Position numbers and translations under genes: made by a program. A DNA stretch of 64,000 bases from Enoplolaimus lenunculus (taxonomy: Eukaryota): contig JASANG010003005.1 in NCBI GenBank assembly GCA_030248215.1, positions 248,001 through 312,000 of the forward strand, given 5' to 3'. Of this stretch, positions 63,771-64,000 are shown piece by piece (position 1 is the stretch's first letter; each line of letters begins with the position of its first letter). Under the pieces are notes generated by a model, which was given only the letters and a program-made list of their open reading frames with translations, made no database searches and had not been told where the DNA came from.

Positions 63771-64000
63771 TATACACATTTGAGAATACGGGCTCTAGGC
63801 ATAGATAAGCCTTGACTCATGGTTAGACCCAAACGTAAATATATTTGGAAAGTGTAAAATTGGTAAAATTAGTACTAGTAGTCTTTAATCTATGCACAGT
63901 TTAAACTCCACGTTTCCATAGCAAACATCCACAGTTTGTAAATCCCGACCCCTTTTTATGTATCGATTACTTGACCCATGTATAGAGCCCATGTATAGAA

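Overview
Eukaryotic, repeat-dense genomic DNA, most likely from a nematode: it has TTAGGC telomere-type repeats, TTTCAG/TTTTAG acceptors and a nematode-like 18S fragment. I reconstructed two intron-containing genes by hand with consistent exon phases. (1) A 7-exon Shaker-superfamily voltage-gated K+ channel-like gene (about 5281-13842, +, about 485 aa) has an intact T1 domain and S4 sensor but a degenerate pore: VFWAVASHFSFSDGPP where FWWAVVTMTTVGYGDxxP is expected, and a PIT gate instead of PVP. (2) A 14-exon SLC6 transporter (44794-60925, +, about 644 aa) resembles C. elegans betaine transporter SNF-3. The rest is mainly non-autonomous DNA transposons: about 30 GG-ended, 8-bp-TSD (Merlin-like) elements carrying TTAGGC arrays, a 3.3-kb foldback member of that family with a 73-bp insertion of mostly 18S rRNA sequence, CACTG-ended 2-bp-TSD MITEs, and hAT-, PIF- and piggyBac-like MITEs. 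There are also tRNA-derived sequences, satellites, and four hairpins with covarying stems at about 17.1 kb. No autonomous transposase was recognised. Family assignments come from recalled hallmarks, not database searches.
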